From an uncultured Clostridia bacterium (lineage in GTDB: Bacteria > Bacillota > Clostridia > TANB77 > CAG-508): a stretch of 64,000 nucleotides of DNA. Position 1 is the first letter of the stretch, and each line of letters opens with the position of its first letter. The notes beneath the pieces were generated by a model. The model was not told the DNA's origin. It saw only the letters and a program-made list of their open reading frames with translations, and did not search any database. Position numbers and translations under genes: made by a program. Below, one piece after another: positions 1-9,204 of this stretch. The stretch lies in the NCBI GenBank assembly GCA_944390975.1, contig CALXRX010000008.1, positions 407 through 64,406 of the forward strand, given 5' to 3'.

Positions 1-81
1 GTTCATTTTTCGTCATTTTATCTTTCTATTATTCTATTTTCAATAGTTTTAGCCTTTTTTAGTTATCACTTTTTTACATAA
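1..81 (-). repeat. Copy 1 (cut by the window edge) of a ~95-bp conserved cassette: hairpin terminator overlapped by a sigma-A-like promoter
   Basis: Near-identical to 3221-3314, 59203-59297 and 63401-63494, and to the diverged copy 1465-1558. Lies immediately 3' of the minus-strand ATPase gene. Confidence 0.6.
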
Positions 82-108
82 TTATAATACAGCATTTTGT
101 TTATTTAA

Positions 109-1338
109 TTAATCTTTTTTCTCTAGTAACCAATCTAACACATTTATCTTTTTTATTCCGTCAAAATCAGCATCTAAATCATCATCTAATGTCAAAATAT
201 ATTTAGGATAGTTGTCATTTATTTTCTTTAATGGTGTTAGTTCTCTTTCTAAAATTCTATTTTCGTCTTCACTTTCTGACCTCGTAGTTAATGCTACTTG
301 ATAATAAACTGTATTTTCAGGTTTTTTAGCAACAAAATCAACTTCTAATTCGTCATACTTTCCTATATATACTTCATATCCTCTTCTTAATAATTCTAGA
401 TATACAACATTTTCTAATATATGTCCCATATCTCTACCAGATTTTTGCCCTAACATATAATATCTAAGTCCTATATCTACTGCATAATATTTTTCTTGTG
501 TTTTTAAATATTCTTTTCCTTTTATATCATATCTGCTAGCTTTAAATATTAAATAACTATCTATTAGTGCATCTACATAATTTGAAATTGTATTATAAGA
601 TGAATTCTTTTCTATGCCTTCAATATTATCACTTATACTTTTCATACTAGCTCTATTTCCTATATTATCATATACATATTTTATAACTCTTTCTAAAACA
701 TTTTTATCTGTTATTCCCTTTCTTCGCATTACATCTTTAAATAAAATCGTATTATATATACCATCTAAAAACATATTGATATTTGCGGGATTTATTTTAT
801 ATAATTCTACTGCTTGAGGAAAAGAACTATATCTTAAATAATCTCTAAACTTTCTTGATATGTCTGTTTTATCTTCAAAAGCAGACATATATTCTTTAAA
901 TGATAATGGTAACATTTTTATTTCAATATATCTTCCTGTAAGTAATGTTGCTAATTCTGAAGATAATAAATACGCATTTGAGCCTGTTATATATAAGTCC
1001 ACCTCTTTATTTATAAATAAACTATCTACTGTTTTTTCAAATTCATTTACACTTTGAATTTCATCTAAAAATACATAAGTTTTTTTCCCTTTAACTAATT
1101 TTGCTTTTATATATTCATATAATTTTTTTCTATCCTGTAGTTCTTCATAATCTGCATTTTCAAAATTTATATATATTATTTGATTATCTTCTACTCCATT
1201 ACTTCTTAAATAGTCTTGGAATATTTCTAATAATGTTGATTTTCCACATCTTCTAATTCCTGTTATTACTTTTATTATTTGTTGATCTTTGAAATTTTTT
1301 AAAATAGATATATAATTATCTCTATTTATTCTTTCCAT
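109..1338 (-). CDS. AAA+ ATPase, DUF4143/COG1373-type
   Basis: 409-aa ORF with Walker A GIRRCGKST and Walker B-like VFLDEIQ. The C-terminal half looks like DUF4143 ATPases (family assignment from memory). Confidence 0.8.
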   Translation of the reverse strand: MERINRDNYISILKNFKDQQIIKVITGIRRCGKSTLLEIFQDYLRSNGVEDNQIIYINFENADYEELQDRKKLYEYIKAKLVKGKKTYVFLDEIQSVNEFEKTVDSLFINKEVDLYITGSNAYLLSSELATLLTGRYIEIKMLPLSFKEYMSAFEDKTDISRKFRDYLRYSSFPQAVELYKINPANINMFLDGIYNTILFKDVMRRKGITDKNVLERVIKYVYDNIGNRASMKSISDNIEGIEKNSSYNTISNYVDALIDSYLIFKASRYDIKGKEYLKTQEKYYAVDIGLRYYMLGQKSGRDMGHILENVVYLELLRRGYEVYIGKYDELEVDFVAKKPENTVYYQVALTTRSESEDENRILERELTPLKKINDNYPKYILTLDDDLDADFDGIKKINVLDWLLEKKD

Positions 1339-1361
1339 AAAATCTCCTCCTAACTACTATA

Positions 1362-1390
1362 ATTATACTATCTTTTAGTATTATAGTCAA
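1362..1390 (-). promoter_or_regulatory. Sigma-A-type promoter for the ATPase gene
   Basis: Coding-strand TTGACT, 17 nt, TATAAT. The RBS AGGAGG follows upstream of the ATG at 1338. Confidence 0.55.
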
Positions 1391-1464
1391 GTTTTTTCAA
1401 TTTTATGAAAAAACTTTATAATTTTAGGAACTTTTTATATTTTCACACTATTTCTTTAGCTGTC

Positions 1465-1558
1465 AAAAAATGACGAAAACTCTTTTTCGTCATTTCGTTT
1501 TTCTATTATTCTAATTTTCAATAGTTTTAGACTTTTGTGATTATAATTTTTTATATAA
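1465..1558 (-). repeat. Copy 2 (diverged) of the terminator/promoter cassette, abutting the stop codon of paralog A
   Basis: Hairpin aatgacgaaaa/ttttcgtcatt plus a T-run on the minus strand. The remainder aligns with the other copies. Confidence 0.6.
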
Positions 1559-1565
1559 CGTTTTA

Positions 1566-3086
1566 TTAAACTTTTATTATAATTCTTCTTATATCCTGTG
1601 AAAAGCCATTAACACCATATGCAGTAAAAGTTATTGAGCCAGAGCCTGAAAATTTTATTTTCTGCACTATATATGCCCATCTCCCACTTTCTTTAGTACT
1701 AAGATTTCCACTAGATAAATTTGATATTACACTTCCTCCCGATTGAGATATAGTAGCATTTAATTTAGTAGTATCATACGTATAACCATATGAGCCTGTA
1801 TAATATGAAAGTATAGCTATATATGTTCCCGCAGATACACTTATTGTTTTTGTAGAATCGGCACCACTACTAGTATCACATGCTGTTCCTCTACTATAAT
1901 GTGATAAAGAGATACCTCTATCAACTCCTGCATTTACACCTGCATTGTAACCATTGTTATATCCTGTTTTATAATTTGTTGAATTTGCATTGGCTCTATT
2001 ATCTGCTGCTGTTACTCCAGCATTGTATCCATTAGTATAACTTGGTCTTGAGTCTAATGTTCCTCCGCTATAGTATCCTGCTGGCACTGTATATGTTGTA
2101 TTGCTTCCTGACCAATTTAAATTTCCTCTATTCGGCATTGTTCCTGTTACCTTGCTTCCATTTACCCATGCTGTATATCCATTTAATATTTGCCCTGCTC
2201 CTGCTGTTGCTGATGTTTGACTTGCTAGCGAATTTGCTGTTACTTTTCCACTTCCATTATGGTATCCTGCTGGTATTGTGTAACTTCCTCCTGCATTTAA
2301 ACTTTGGCTTACTGCTCCTCTGTTTGGCATTGTTCCTGTTAGTCCTACTTCACTTGAGTTTGAAAATGTTTTCCCACTTAATACATCTGCTAATGTTGCA
2401 TTTCCTGTTGATTGTTTCTCTTTTAAGCTTGCTATTTGTGTATTTAAATCATTTATTGTGTTTTGTTGTTGTTCTATCGTTTTATTTAAGCTATCTACTT
2501 GCTGTGTTAAGTTATCTACTTGTTCTTGTAATATTGCACTATTTCCTTGTTCTTGTTCTATTTGATTATTTAAATCTTCTATTGTTCCTTCTAGTTCTGT
2601 TTTGGTATTGTTTAGGTCTTCTACTGTTTTTTCTAGTTCTTCTACTTTTTGTTGTAGTTCTGCTAGTTCTTCATCTGTTGCTGCATCTCCTCCTGTTGTT
2701 CCTCCTGGTTTATATATTTCATCTATTTTTATTTCATAACCTTCATCTGTTTTTATTGTATTTCCATCTTCTTGTAGTTCTCCATAATTTCCTGCTATTT
2801 CTTCTAGTTCTTCCTGGGTTAGCCCTGTTCCTCCTTTTTCTAGTTCTTTATCTAATAATGCTAGTTGCATATCTTCTTTTATTGCTGCGATTTCTTGGGC
2901 TTCTTTTGCCCTCACGGCTTGGGTTATTATTCCTCTATCTCCCAAAGTTAGGCTCAAGGTCACTCCTGATAAAATTAATAATATTACTATTGTTACCACA
3001 AGTGAAACTAAAGTTATTCCTTTTGCTTGTTTTACTTGCTTTTTTCTTACTTCTTTTAAATTACTATTTCTTATTTCCTTTTTCAT
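1566..3086 (-). CDS. Paralog A of the surface-fibre family: pilin-like N-terminal segment, coiled coil, two tail-fibre-like repeats, unique C-terminal domain
   Basis: 506-aa ORF with RBS AGGAGGAAC. The basic leader is followed by KG-ITLVSLVVTIVILLILSGVTL (prepilin-like or signal anchor). Heptad-rich segment LEKTVEDLNNTKTELEGTIEDLNNQIEQEQ. Repeats GTMPNRGA..SYTIPAGYHNGSGKV and GTMPNRGN..TYTVPAGYYSGGTLD. The first ~370 aa are nearly identical to ORFs at 57619, 59385 and 61524. Confidence 0.8.
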   Translation of the reverse strand: MKKEIRNSNLKEVRKKQVKQAKGITLVSLVVTIVILLILSGVTLSLTLGDRGIITQAVRAKEAQEIAAIKEDMQLALLDKELEKGGTGLTQEELEEIAGNYGELQEDGNTIKTDEGYEIKIDEIYKPGGTTGGDAATDEELAELQQKVEELEKTVEDLNNTKTELEGTIEDLNNQIEQEQGNSAILQEQVDNLTQQVDSLNKTIEQQQNTINDLNTQIASLKEKQSTGNATLADVLSGKTFSNSSEVGLTGTMPNRGAVSQSLNAGGSYTIPAGYHNGSGKVTANSLASQTSATAGAGQILNGYTAWVNGSKVTGTMPNRGNLNWSGSNTTYTVPAGYYSGGTLDSRPSYTNGYNAGVTAADNRANANSTNYKTGYNNGYNAGVNAGVDRGISLSHYSRGTACDTSSGADSTKTISVSAGTYIAILSYYTGSYGYTYDTTKLNATISQSGGSVISNLSSGNLSTKESGRWAYIVQKIKFSGSGSITFTAYGVNGFSQDIRRIIIKV

Positions 3087-3167
3087 CCGTTCCTCCTATT
3101 TTTTCAATTACTTTTTTATTTAATTTATTCTCAATCTAAAATACATATTTTGAAAATTTTTTAAAAA

Positions 3168-3213
3168 CCGCGTAAGCGACCAAACGAGTTTCGTTAGAGA
3201 CGAGTGCGATTTG
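3168..3213 (-). promoter_or_regulatory. Conserved relatively GC-rich 5' leader element upstream of paralog A (second copy at 59128-59174)
   Basis: 46 nt with 4 substitutions between the two copies. Contains the palindrome AACGAA-A-TTCGTT (perfect in the 59-kb copy) and a direct repeat of ACTCGT. Function unknown. Confidence 0.4.
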
Positions 3214-3220
3214 TAACACA

Positions 3221-3314
3221 AAAAAATGATAAAGTTCATTTTTCGTCATTTTATCTTTCTATTATTCTATTTTCAATACTTTTGGGCTTTTTTAATTATC
3301 ACTTTTTTACATAA
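3221..3314 (-). repeat. Copy 3 of the terminator/promoter cassette, upstream of paralog A
   Basis: Coding-strand TTGAAA, 17 nt, TAAAAT. The -10 overlaps the 5' arm of the hairpin (a)atga(c/t)(g/a)aa..ttcgtcatt, which is followed by T7. Confidence 0.6.
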
Positions 3315-3422
3315 TTTTTTGTTTTTATGTTACTATTTAAACTAAAAAGCAATCAACTAATTTTTATGAAGTAATATCTAATCTATACCAAAATCCCACA
3401 GTTACTATATAACAACTTAGGT

Positions 3423-3450
3423 ATTTTTGCGTTCTAGTCTGAAAATTAAC
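3423..3450. repeat. Left copy of a ~27-bp direct repeat bracketing the CRISPR cassette
   Basis: atttttgcgttctagtctgaaaattaac versus atttttgtattctagtctgaagattaac at 3875-3902 (3 mismatches). Confidence 0.6.
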
Positions 3451-3644
3451 CAATTTTCTCAGATATGAAAAAAACTTGTTGAATTATATAAATATTCATT
3501 ATATAATATTATTAAATTATTTTTAGTCGAAAATTAAACTTAAAATACAAGAAAATATAGTAATTAATGATATTTTTGGCAATTATACATATCTATCTAA
3601 AAAAATACAACGGAGTCATTAACCGTAAAATTTAAACCATTTGA

Positions 3645-3877
3645 GGTTTTAGAATTGTGTTATTTTAGATAGTAGTAAAACAGGAAGAGAAAGCACTTGT
3701 CTATTGATTAAGTTTTATAATTGTGTTATTTTAGATAGTAATAAAACTTTCCAGGAGATGTCTGGATTATGGTAATGTTTTAGAATTGTGTTTTTTTAGA
3801 TAGTAGTAAAACTCATCTTGGAGACGATGAAATGGCAGAATTGTTTTAGAATTGTGTTTTTTAGATAGTAATAGAAT
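3645..3877 (+). CRISPR. Small type II-like CRISPR array, 4 repeats and 3 spacers, with no cas genes in the window
   Basis: 36-nt repeats at 3645-3680, 3711-3746, 3776-3811 and a degenerate one at 3842-3877. Consensus is GTTTTAGAATTGTGTTATTTTAGATAGTAGTAAAAC. Spacers are 30, 29 and 30 nt. Every repeat carries private substitutions. Confidence 0.8.
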
Positions 3878-3902
3878 TTTTGTATTCTAGTCTGAAGATT
3901 AA
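3875..3902. repeat. Right copy of the direct repeat bracketing the CRISPR cassette
   Basis: See 3423-3450. It overlaps the end of the degenerate terminal repeat. Confidence 0.6.
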
Positions 3903-3975
3903 CGTCTTTATTATAAAAAAATGCTGACATTATTGACAAAATAAATTTAGTTATTATAATGGTTTTGGTGATAAT

Positions 3976-4482
3976 ATGAATAAATTATTTGAAAATACAA
4001 CTACTTATACTCGTGAACTTTATAAAGAATTTGTAGAATTTCATAATAGAAAATATAATTTAAAGTATAATTTATATACTTTATTTGTACTTATTTTAAT
4101 TGTTTTTTGTATGGTTTTACAATTCTATTATAATGAGATTCTTTTAGGTTGTATTTTTATTTTATTTTTAATGGTATTTTTAGTATGGAGAGTTTTTCAT
4201 CCTATTTTCTTCGTAAAAAAAGAAGCAAACAGTAATAAGGTGAAAAAGCAATTAACTAATACCTACTCTTTTTATGATAATTATATGGAAGTAAAGAATA
4301 ATACTGATTGTTTTTCTTTAAAATATTATAAGATACATAAAGTATTTGAAACTGATAATTATTTCTATTTATATATTAATAAAAATTATTCTTTTGTTTT
4401 AAGCAAAAATACTTTTTCTATTGGAGATCCAAATAATTTTTACAGTTTTATTAAAAGTAAATTATGGTATAAAATTTTTTAA
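3976..4482 (+). CDS. YcxB-like small membrane protein
   Basis: 168-aa ORF with two adjacent TM helices followed by a ~90-aa soluble domain. This architecture is typical of the YcxB family (from memory). Confidence 0.6.
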   Translation: MNKLFENTTTYTRELYKEFVEFHNRKYNLKYNLYTLFVLILIVFCMVLQFYYNEILLGCIFILFLMVFLVWRVFHPIFFVKKEANSNKVKKQLTNTYSFYDNYMEVKNNTDCFSLKYYKIHKVFETDNYFYLYINKNYSFVLSKNTFSIGDPNNFYSFIKSKLWYKIF

Positions 4483-4510
4483 ATAAATATTGTCTTAATT
4501 TTTAATATAA

Positions 4511-4549
4511 CTAAAAAAGTAAAGCAAATTAATGCTCTACTTTTTTTAG
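4511..4549. terminator. Bidirectional intrinsic terminator between convergent genes
   Basis: Hairpin ctaaaaaagtaaagc / gctctactttttttag flanked by A and T runs. Confidence 0.6.
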
Positions 4550-4557
4550 TTATTTAG

Positions 4558-6396
4558 TTATTCTTCTTCAACTTCAAATTGTGAATTATATAAGTCACTA
4601 TAAAATCCACCTTTTGCAAGTAATTCTTCATGTGTTCCTTGTTCAACTATGTCTCCATGATTCATAACTAAAATTAAATCTGCATTTTTTATAGTTGATA
4701 ATCTATGTGCTATTATAAAACTTGTTCTACCTTTCATCAAATTGTCCATCGCTGCTTGTATTTGTTGCTCTGTTCTTGTATCTATTGAACTTGTGGCTTC
4801 ATCTAATATTAATATTTTTGGATTTGCTAAAATTACACGGGCAATTGTTAATAATTGTTTTTGTCCTGCTGAAATATTAGATGATTCTTCATTTATTACC
4901 ATATCATATGCTTTTGGTAAAGTTTTTATAAAATGATGCATATGTGCAGATTTTGCCGCTTCTATAACTTCTGCATCAGTTGCTTCAGGATTAGAATACT
5001 TTATGTTTTCCTTTACAGTACCACCAAACAACCATGTATCTTGTAAAACCATGCCAAACATTCTACGAAGTTCTCCACGTTCAAAATCTTTTACATTATG
5101 CCCGTCTACCAAAATGGCTCCAGAGTTTACATCATAAAATCTCATTAGCAATTTTACCATAGTTGTTTTTCCAGCTCCTGTAGGTCCAACAATAGCTATT
5201 TTTTGACCATCCTTTATATCTGCATTAAAGTCATTAATTATTATTCTATCTTCATCATATCCAAAGCGAACATGGTCAAATTTTACATTTCCTTTTAATC
5301 CATCTGTTGAAACTGGATTTTTTACAGTTTCTACTTCTTCTGGCTCTTCTAGGAATTTAAAAACTCTTTCTGCTGCTGCAACCATAGATTGAAGCATACT
5401 TGATACTTGTGCAATTTGATTTATTGGTTGTGTGAATTGTTTATTATATTGTATAAAACTTTGAATATTACCTACTGTTATTCTTCCTTGTATTGCTAAA
5501 TATCCACCAAGTATTGCTACTGCAACATAACCAACATTTCCCACAAAATTCATTATTGGGTGCATAAGTCCAGATAAAAATTGAGATTTCCAACCAGATT
5601 TATATAATTCATCATTTGCTTTTTCAAATTCTTTTATAGTTTCTTCTTCTGCATTAAATGCTTTTACAATTGTGTGTCCACCATAAACTTCCTCTACTTG
5701 ACCATTTACATGACCTAAATAGTCTTGTTGTCTTGCGAAATATTTTTGTGATTTTCCTACAATTTTACTAACAATAAATACTGTAATTGGTAAAATTATT
5801 AGTGACACTAATGTCATTTCCCAACTTATGGAAAACATCATAATTAGTATACCTATTAACGTACATATTGATGTAATAATTTGTGTTATACTTTGGTTTA
5901 AGTTCTGGCTTAATGTATCTATATCATTAGTTATAACTGATAATACTTCGCCATTTGTCCTTTTATCAAAGTATTTCATTGGTAATTTATTTATTTTTAC
6001 AGATATATCACTACGCAATTTGTATGTTAATTTTTGAGCAACACTAGTCATTGTAAACCCTTGTATTAAAGAAAATGCTGCACTTATTAAATATAATACT
6101 AATAATGTTAATAATATACCTGCTATTTTTCCAAAATCTATTCCAGAGCCACCTGAAAGTTTGCTTATTATACCATTAAATATTTCTGTTGTAGCATTAC
6201 CTAAAATTTTTGGCCCTACTATTGAAAATATTGTACTACCTATTGCAAATACTATTACTATTATTAATGCTACTTTGTATTTTGATAAATAATCTTTTAT
6301 TAACTTTTTTGTTGTACCTTTAAAATCATTTGCTTTTTCTACAGCTCCTGCACCCATTTGATTTCTTCTCATTGGTCCTCTTATATTGTTTGCCAT
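4558..6396 (-). CDS. ABC exporter, fused permease/ATPase subunit with canonical NBD
   Basis: 612 aa. Six-TM domain, Walker A GPTGAGKTT, signature SAGQKQ, Walker B ILILDEATS, H-loop IAHRLST. Confidence 0.9.
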   Translation of the reverse strand: MANNIRGPMRRNQMGAGAVEKANDFKGTTKKLIKDYLSKYKVALIIVIVFAIGSTIFSIVGPKILGNATTEIFNGIISKLSGGSGIDFGKIAGILLTLLVLYLISAAFSLIQGFTMTSVAQKLTYKLRSDISVKINKLPMKYFDKRTNGEVLSVITNDIDTLSQNLNQSITQIITSICTLIGILIMMFSISWEMTLVSLIILPITVFIVSKIVGKSQKYFARQQDYLGHVNGQVEEVYGGHTIVKAFNAEEETIKEFEKANDELYKSGWKSQFLSGLMHPIMNFVGNVGYVAVAILGGYLAIQGRITVGNIQSFIQYNKQFTQPINQIAQVSSMLQSMVAAAERVFKFLEEPEEVETVKNPVSTDGLKGNVKFDHVRFGYDEDRIIINDFNADIKDGQKIAIVGPTGAGKTTMVKLLMRFYDVNSGAILVDGHNVKDFERGELRRMFGMVLQDTWLFGGTVKENIKYSNPEATDAEVIEAAKSAHMHHFIKTLPKAYDMVINEESSNISAGQKQLLTIARVILANPKILILDEATSSIDTRTEQQIQAAMDNLMKGRTSFIIAHRLSTIKNADLILVMNHGDIVEQGTHEELLAKGGFYSDLYNSQFEVEEE

Positions 6397-6444
6397 TTTT
6401 TTGCTCCTTTCTATTTATATTTTTAATAAAACTCATATAATTAA

Positions 6445-8697
6445 TTATTCTAGTTCTTCTTTTGATAATTGTGATAAGGCTATTTGTGAATATGTTTCAC
6501 AATTTTTCATTAATTCTTCATGTGTTCCAATTCCTACTATTTTTCCTTCATCTAATACTATTATCTGGTCTGCATTTAATATTGTACTTATTCTTTGTGC
6601 TACAATTATTACAGTTTTATTTTTTGTGATATTTGCAAGTGCTGCTCTTAAATTTGCATCTGTTTTTAAATCTAGTGCAGAAAAACTATCATCAAATATA
6701 AATATTTCTGGATCTTTTGCTATTGCTCTTGCTATAGATAGACGTTGTTTTTGACCTCCTGATACGTTACTTCCTCCTTGTGCTATTTCAGATTTATATT
6801 TGTTTTCTTTGTTTTCAATAAATTCAGTAGCTTGTGCTATTTGTGCTGCTTCTATCATTTTTTCGTCTGTCATATCTTCATTAGAATATTTAATATTAGA
6901 TTCAATTGTTCCAGAAAATAGCACTCCTTTTTGAGGTACAAAACCAATTTTTTGTCTTAATTCATTTTGGGGTACTTCTTTTATATTTACACCATCAATT
7001 AATAATTCTCCACCTGTAACATCATAAAAACGAGGAATTAAATTAACTATTGTAGATTTTCCTGATCCTGTACTACCTATAATAGCAGTAGTTTTTCCTG
7101 GCTCTGCTGTAAAATTAATATCTGTTAATAATTCTTGATCGGCATCTGGGTATCTAAACGATACATTTTTAAATTCTACAACGCCTGTTATGTTTTTATC
7201 AAAATGTTTTGGATTTTCAATATCCTTTATACTAGGCTCTGTTTCCAGTACTTCATTAATACGCCTTGCAGATACTGCTGCACGAGGAAGCATAATAGAT
7301 ATCATTGAAATCATTAGAAAACTCATTACTATTTGCATTGTATATTGTATAAATGCCATCATGTCACCAACTTGCATTATTCCTTGGTCTACATTGTGTC
7401 CACCAACCCAGATTATTAATAACATAATTGAATTCATAACAAACATTAATGCAGGCATCATTATACTCATTGCTCTGTTAACAAATATGTTTGCTTTCAT
7501 TAAGTCTTTATTTGCATTGTCAAATCTTCCTTCTTCTTTTTTCTCTGTATTAAAAGCTCTAATTACAGGTAAACCTGTTAATATTTCACGAGATACAAGA
7601 TTTAATTTATCTATTAAATCTTGTAATTTTCTAAATTTTGGCATTGCTACTATGAATAATATTAGTACAATTCCTATAACACAAAGTATTGCAAGCCCTA
7701 TAATCCATGCCATACTTGTATCACTATTTGTAAGTACTCTTAAAAATCCACCTATTCCTATGATTGGTGCATAAACAACTACTCTAAATAACATTGTTAT
7801 TAGCATTTGAATTTGTTGAATATCGTTTGTACTACGTGTTATTAGTGATGCTGTTGAAAAGTTATTAAATTCCTTTATGCTAAATCCTAATACTTTTTTA
7901 AACACTTTTTCTCTTAATACTTTTCCAAGTGTTGCAGCTACTCTAGAAGATAATAACATTATAGTTACTGCTGATATTAAACTAATTGCTGCTATTCCAA
8001 GCATTTGTAAACCAGTCATAAATATGTAATTATTTTGGATTTCATCTGTATTTATTCCTAATTGTTTGTATTCTTCTTTTGTAGCAGTTATAGCCACTTG
8101 AGAAGACATGCTTCCTAAATTTTCATCAATTTGTTTGCTTATTTCTTCAACTACTTTATCTAATTCTTCTTCTGGCATAGATTTTAAAATATCTATTATA
8201 CTCATTTGTTGTAATAAGGCACTTTGTTCTTCAGGAAGTTGTTTTAATATTTGCTCTTTTATTTGTGCTGATACAGTTTCATTTGAAATGCTATATGCTT
8301 CCATTAATGGTTTTTGTATTAATTCATTAAGTTCATCTTGTTCTTCTTGTTTTAAATCTTTTTGAATATATAGCGTATTTTGTTCAGCTTCATAATCCTT
8401 GTCGAAATATTTTTCTATTTTTTCATTAGCTTCTGAAGACATATCATTTGTATTTAACTCATAATAACTTAAAATTTTGTCATCTTCATTAGTAAATATT
8501 AATAGATTTTCCATTTGCGTTTTGCTAGTAATAACTGGTGCTGCATTTTCTATACCACCTTGCTGTATTCCAACATTTACTATTTTTGAAGTATAACTTG
8601 GTAATTCCAAATCTGCCCATGCTTGCACACATAATAGTATTATTATTGCAATAACTGATAGGCTAGTTTTCTTTAAATTTTTTAATACTTTAAACAT
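6445..8697 (-). CDS. ABC exporter partner subunit with a degenerate NBD and a large extracytoplasmic insertion
   Basis: 750 aa. Walker A GSTGSGKST, signature SGGQKQ. Walker B is IFIFDDS (catalytic E to D) and the H-loop is VAQRIST (H to Q), as in the heterodimeric exporters BmrCD/LmrCD/TM287-288. A ~190-aa acidic loop sits between TM1 and TM2. Confidence 0.85.
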   Translation of the reverse strand: MFKVLKNLKKTSLSVIAIIILLCVQAWADLELPSYTSKIVNVGIQQGGIENAAPVITSKTQMENLLIFTNEDDKILSYYELNTNDMSSEANEKIEKYFDKDYEAEQNTLYIQKDLKQEEQDELNELIQKPLMEAYSISNETVSAQIKEQILKQLPEEQSALLQQMSIIDILKSMPEEELDKVVEEISKQIDENLGSMSSQVAITATKEEYKQLGINTDEIQNNYIFMTGLQMLGIAAISLISAVTIMLLSSRVAATLGKVLREKVFKKVLGFSIKEFNNFSTASLITRSTNDIQQIQMLITMLFRVVVYAPIIGIGGFLRVLTNSDTSMAWIIGLAILCVIGIVLILFIVAMPKFRKLQDLIDKLNLVSREILTGLPVIRAFNTEKKEEGRFDNANKDLMKANIFVNRAMSIMMPALMFVMNSIMLLIIWVGGHNVDQGIMQVGDMMAFIQYTMQIVMSFLMISMISIMLPRAAVSARRINEVLETEPSIKDIENPKHFDKNITGVVEFKNVSFRYPDADQELLTDINFTAEPGKTTAIIGSTGSGKSTIVNLIPRFYDVTGGELLIDGVNIKEVPQNELRQKIGFVPQKGVLFSGTIESNIKYSNEDMTDEKMIEAAQIAQATEFIENKENKYKSEIAQGGSNVSGGQKQRLSIARAIAKDPEIFIFDDSFSALDLKTDANLRAALANITKNKTVIIVAQRISTILNADQIIVLDEGKIVGIGTHEELMKNCETYSQIALSQLSKEELE

Positions 8698-9204
8698 TTC
8701 TTCCTCCTATTCTTAATAATTTATAACTAACATGGTATCTTATTATAATATTTCAATTTAAGCTTTTTGTCAATATTATGAATGTGAAACTTTCGTGAAT
8801 TAAGCCTTTTACTTTTTACTTTAATACAAAAAAAATAGCCGATTAATTCTTTTTTTACTTTAAGAATTTTTGACTAGTTTAATTATGCAATTAACTCCAG
8901 TAATATTTGACTACACCAATCAGCTAATATCTCCTCTTTAAATTTATGCTACTTTTATTCCAGTATCTACAACTTCTTTTACAAAAGGATTTGAAACTTT
9001 TTCATAATCCTCTGTTCTTATTAAAAAATAGTATTCATAAAATCACAATTTTACATTATAATTTCACAGAAATTGAAAATTATGTAAAATTATGATACAA
9101 TATATTATATAGGTTATTACCTCAAGTGTATTAAATCCTATATTGGTAATTATTATTATCGTAATACTCAAAAAAACAAACAAAACATTTAGGAGGAAAA
9201 AATC

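Noticed and set aside
2042-3139. Long Leu/Phe-rich plus-strand ORFs (2042-3139, 58005-58961, 59849-60691, 61988-63094 and the shorter ones nested in them).
   Set aside because: They are antisense shadows of the repetitive coiled-coil genes. They are extremely low-complexity (poly L/F), have no RBS, and their conservation is explained by the minus-strand paralogs.
3168-3213. The leader element being a c-di-GMP riboswitch, as is known upstream of type IV pilin genes in Clostridioides.
   Set aside because: It is too short (~46 nt conserved). I could not align it to the GEMM-I or c-di-GMP-II consensus features I remember. It needs an Rfam scan, so this is left as unknown.
3592-3644. A bona fide tracrRNA gene upstream of the array.
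   Set aside because: The anti-repeat complementarity is real. However, the usual nexus, 3' hairpins and terminator are missing, because the sequence runs straight into repeat 1. It is reported only as an anti-repeat-like leader feature.
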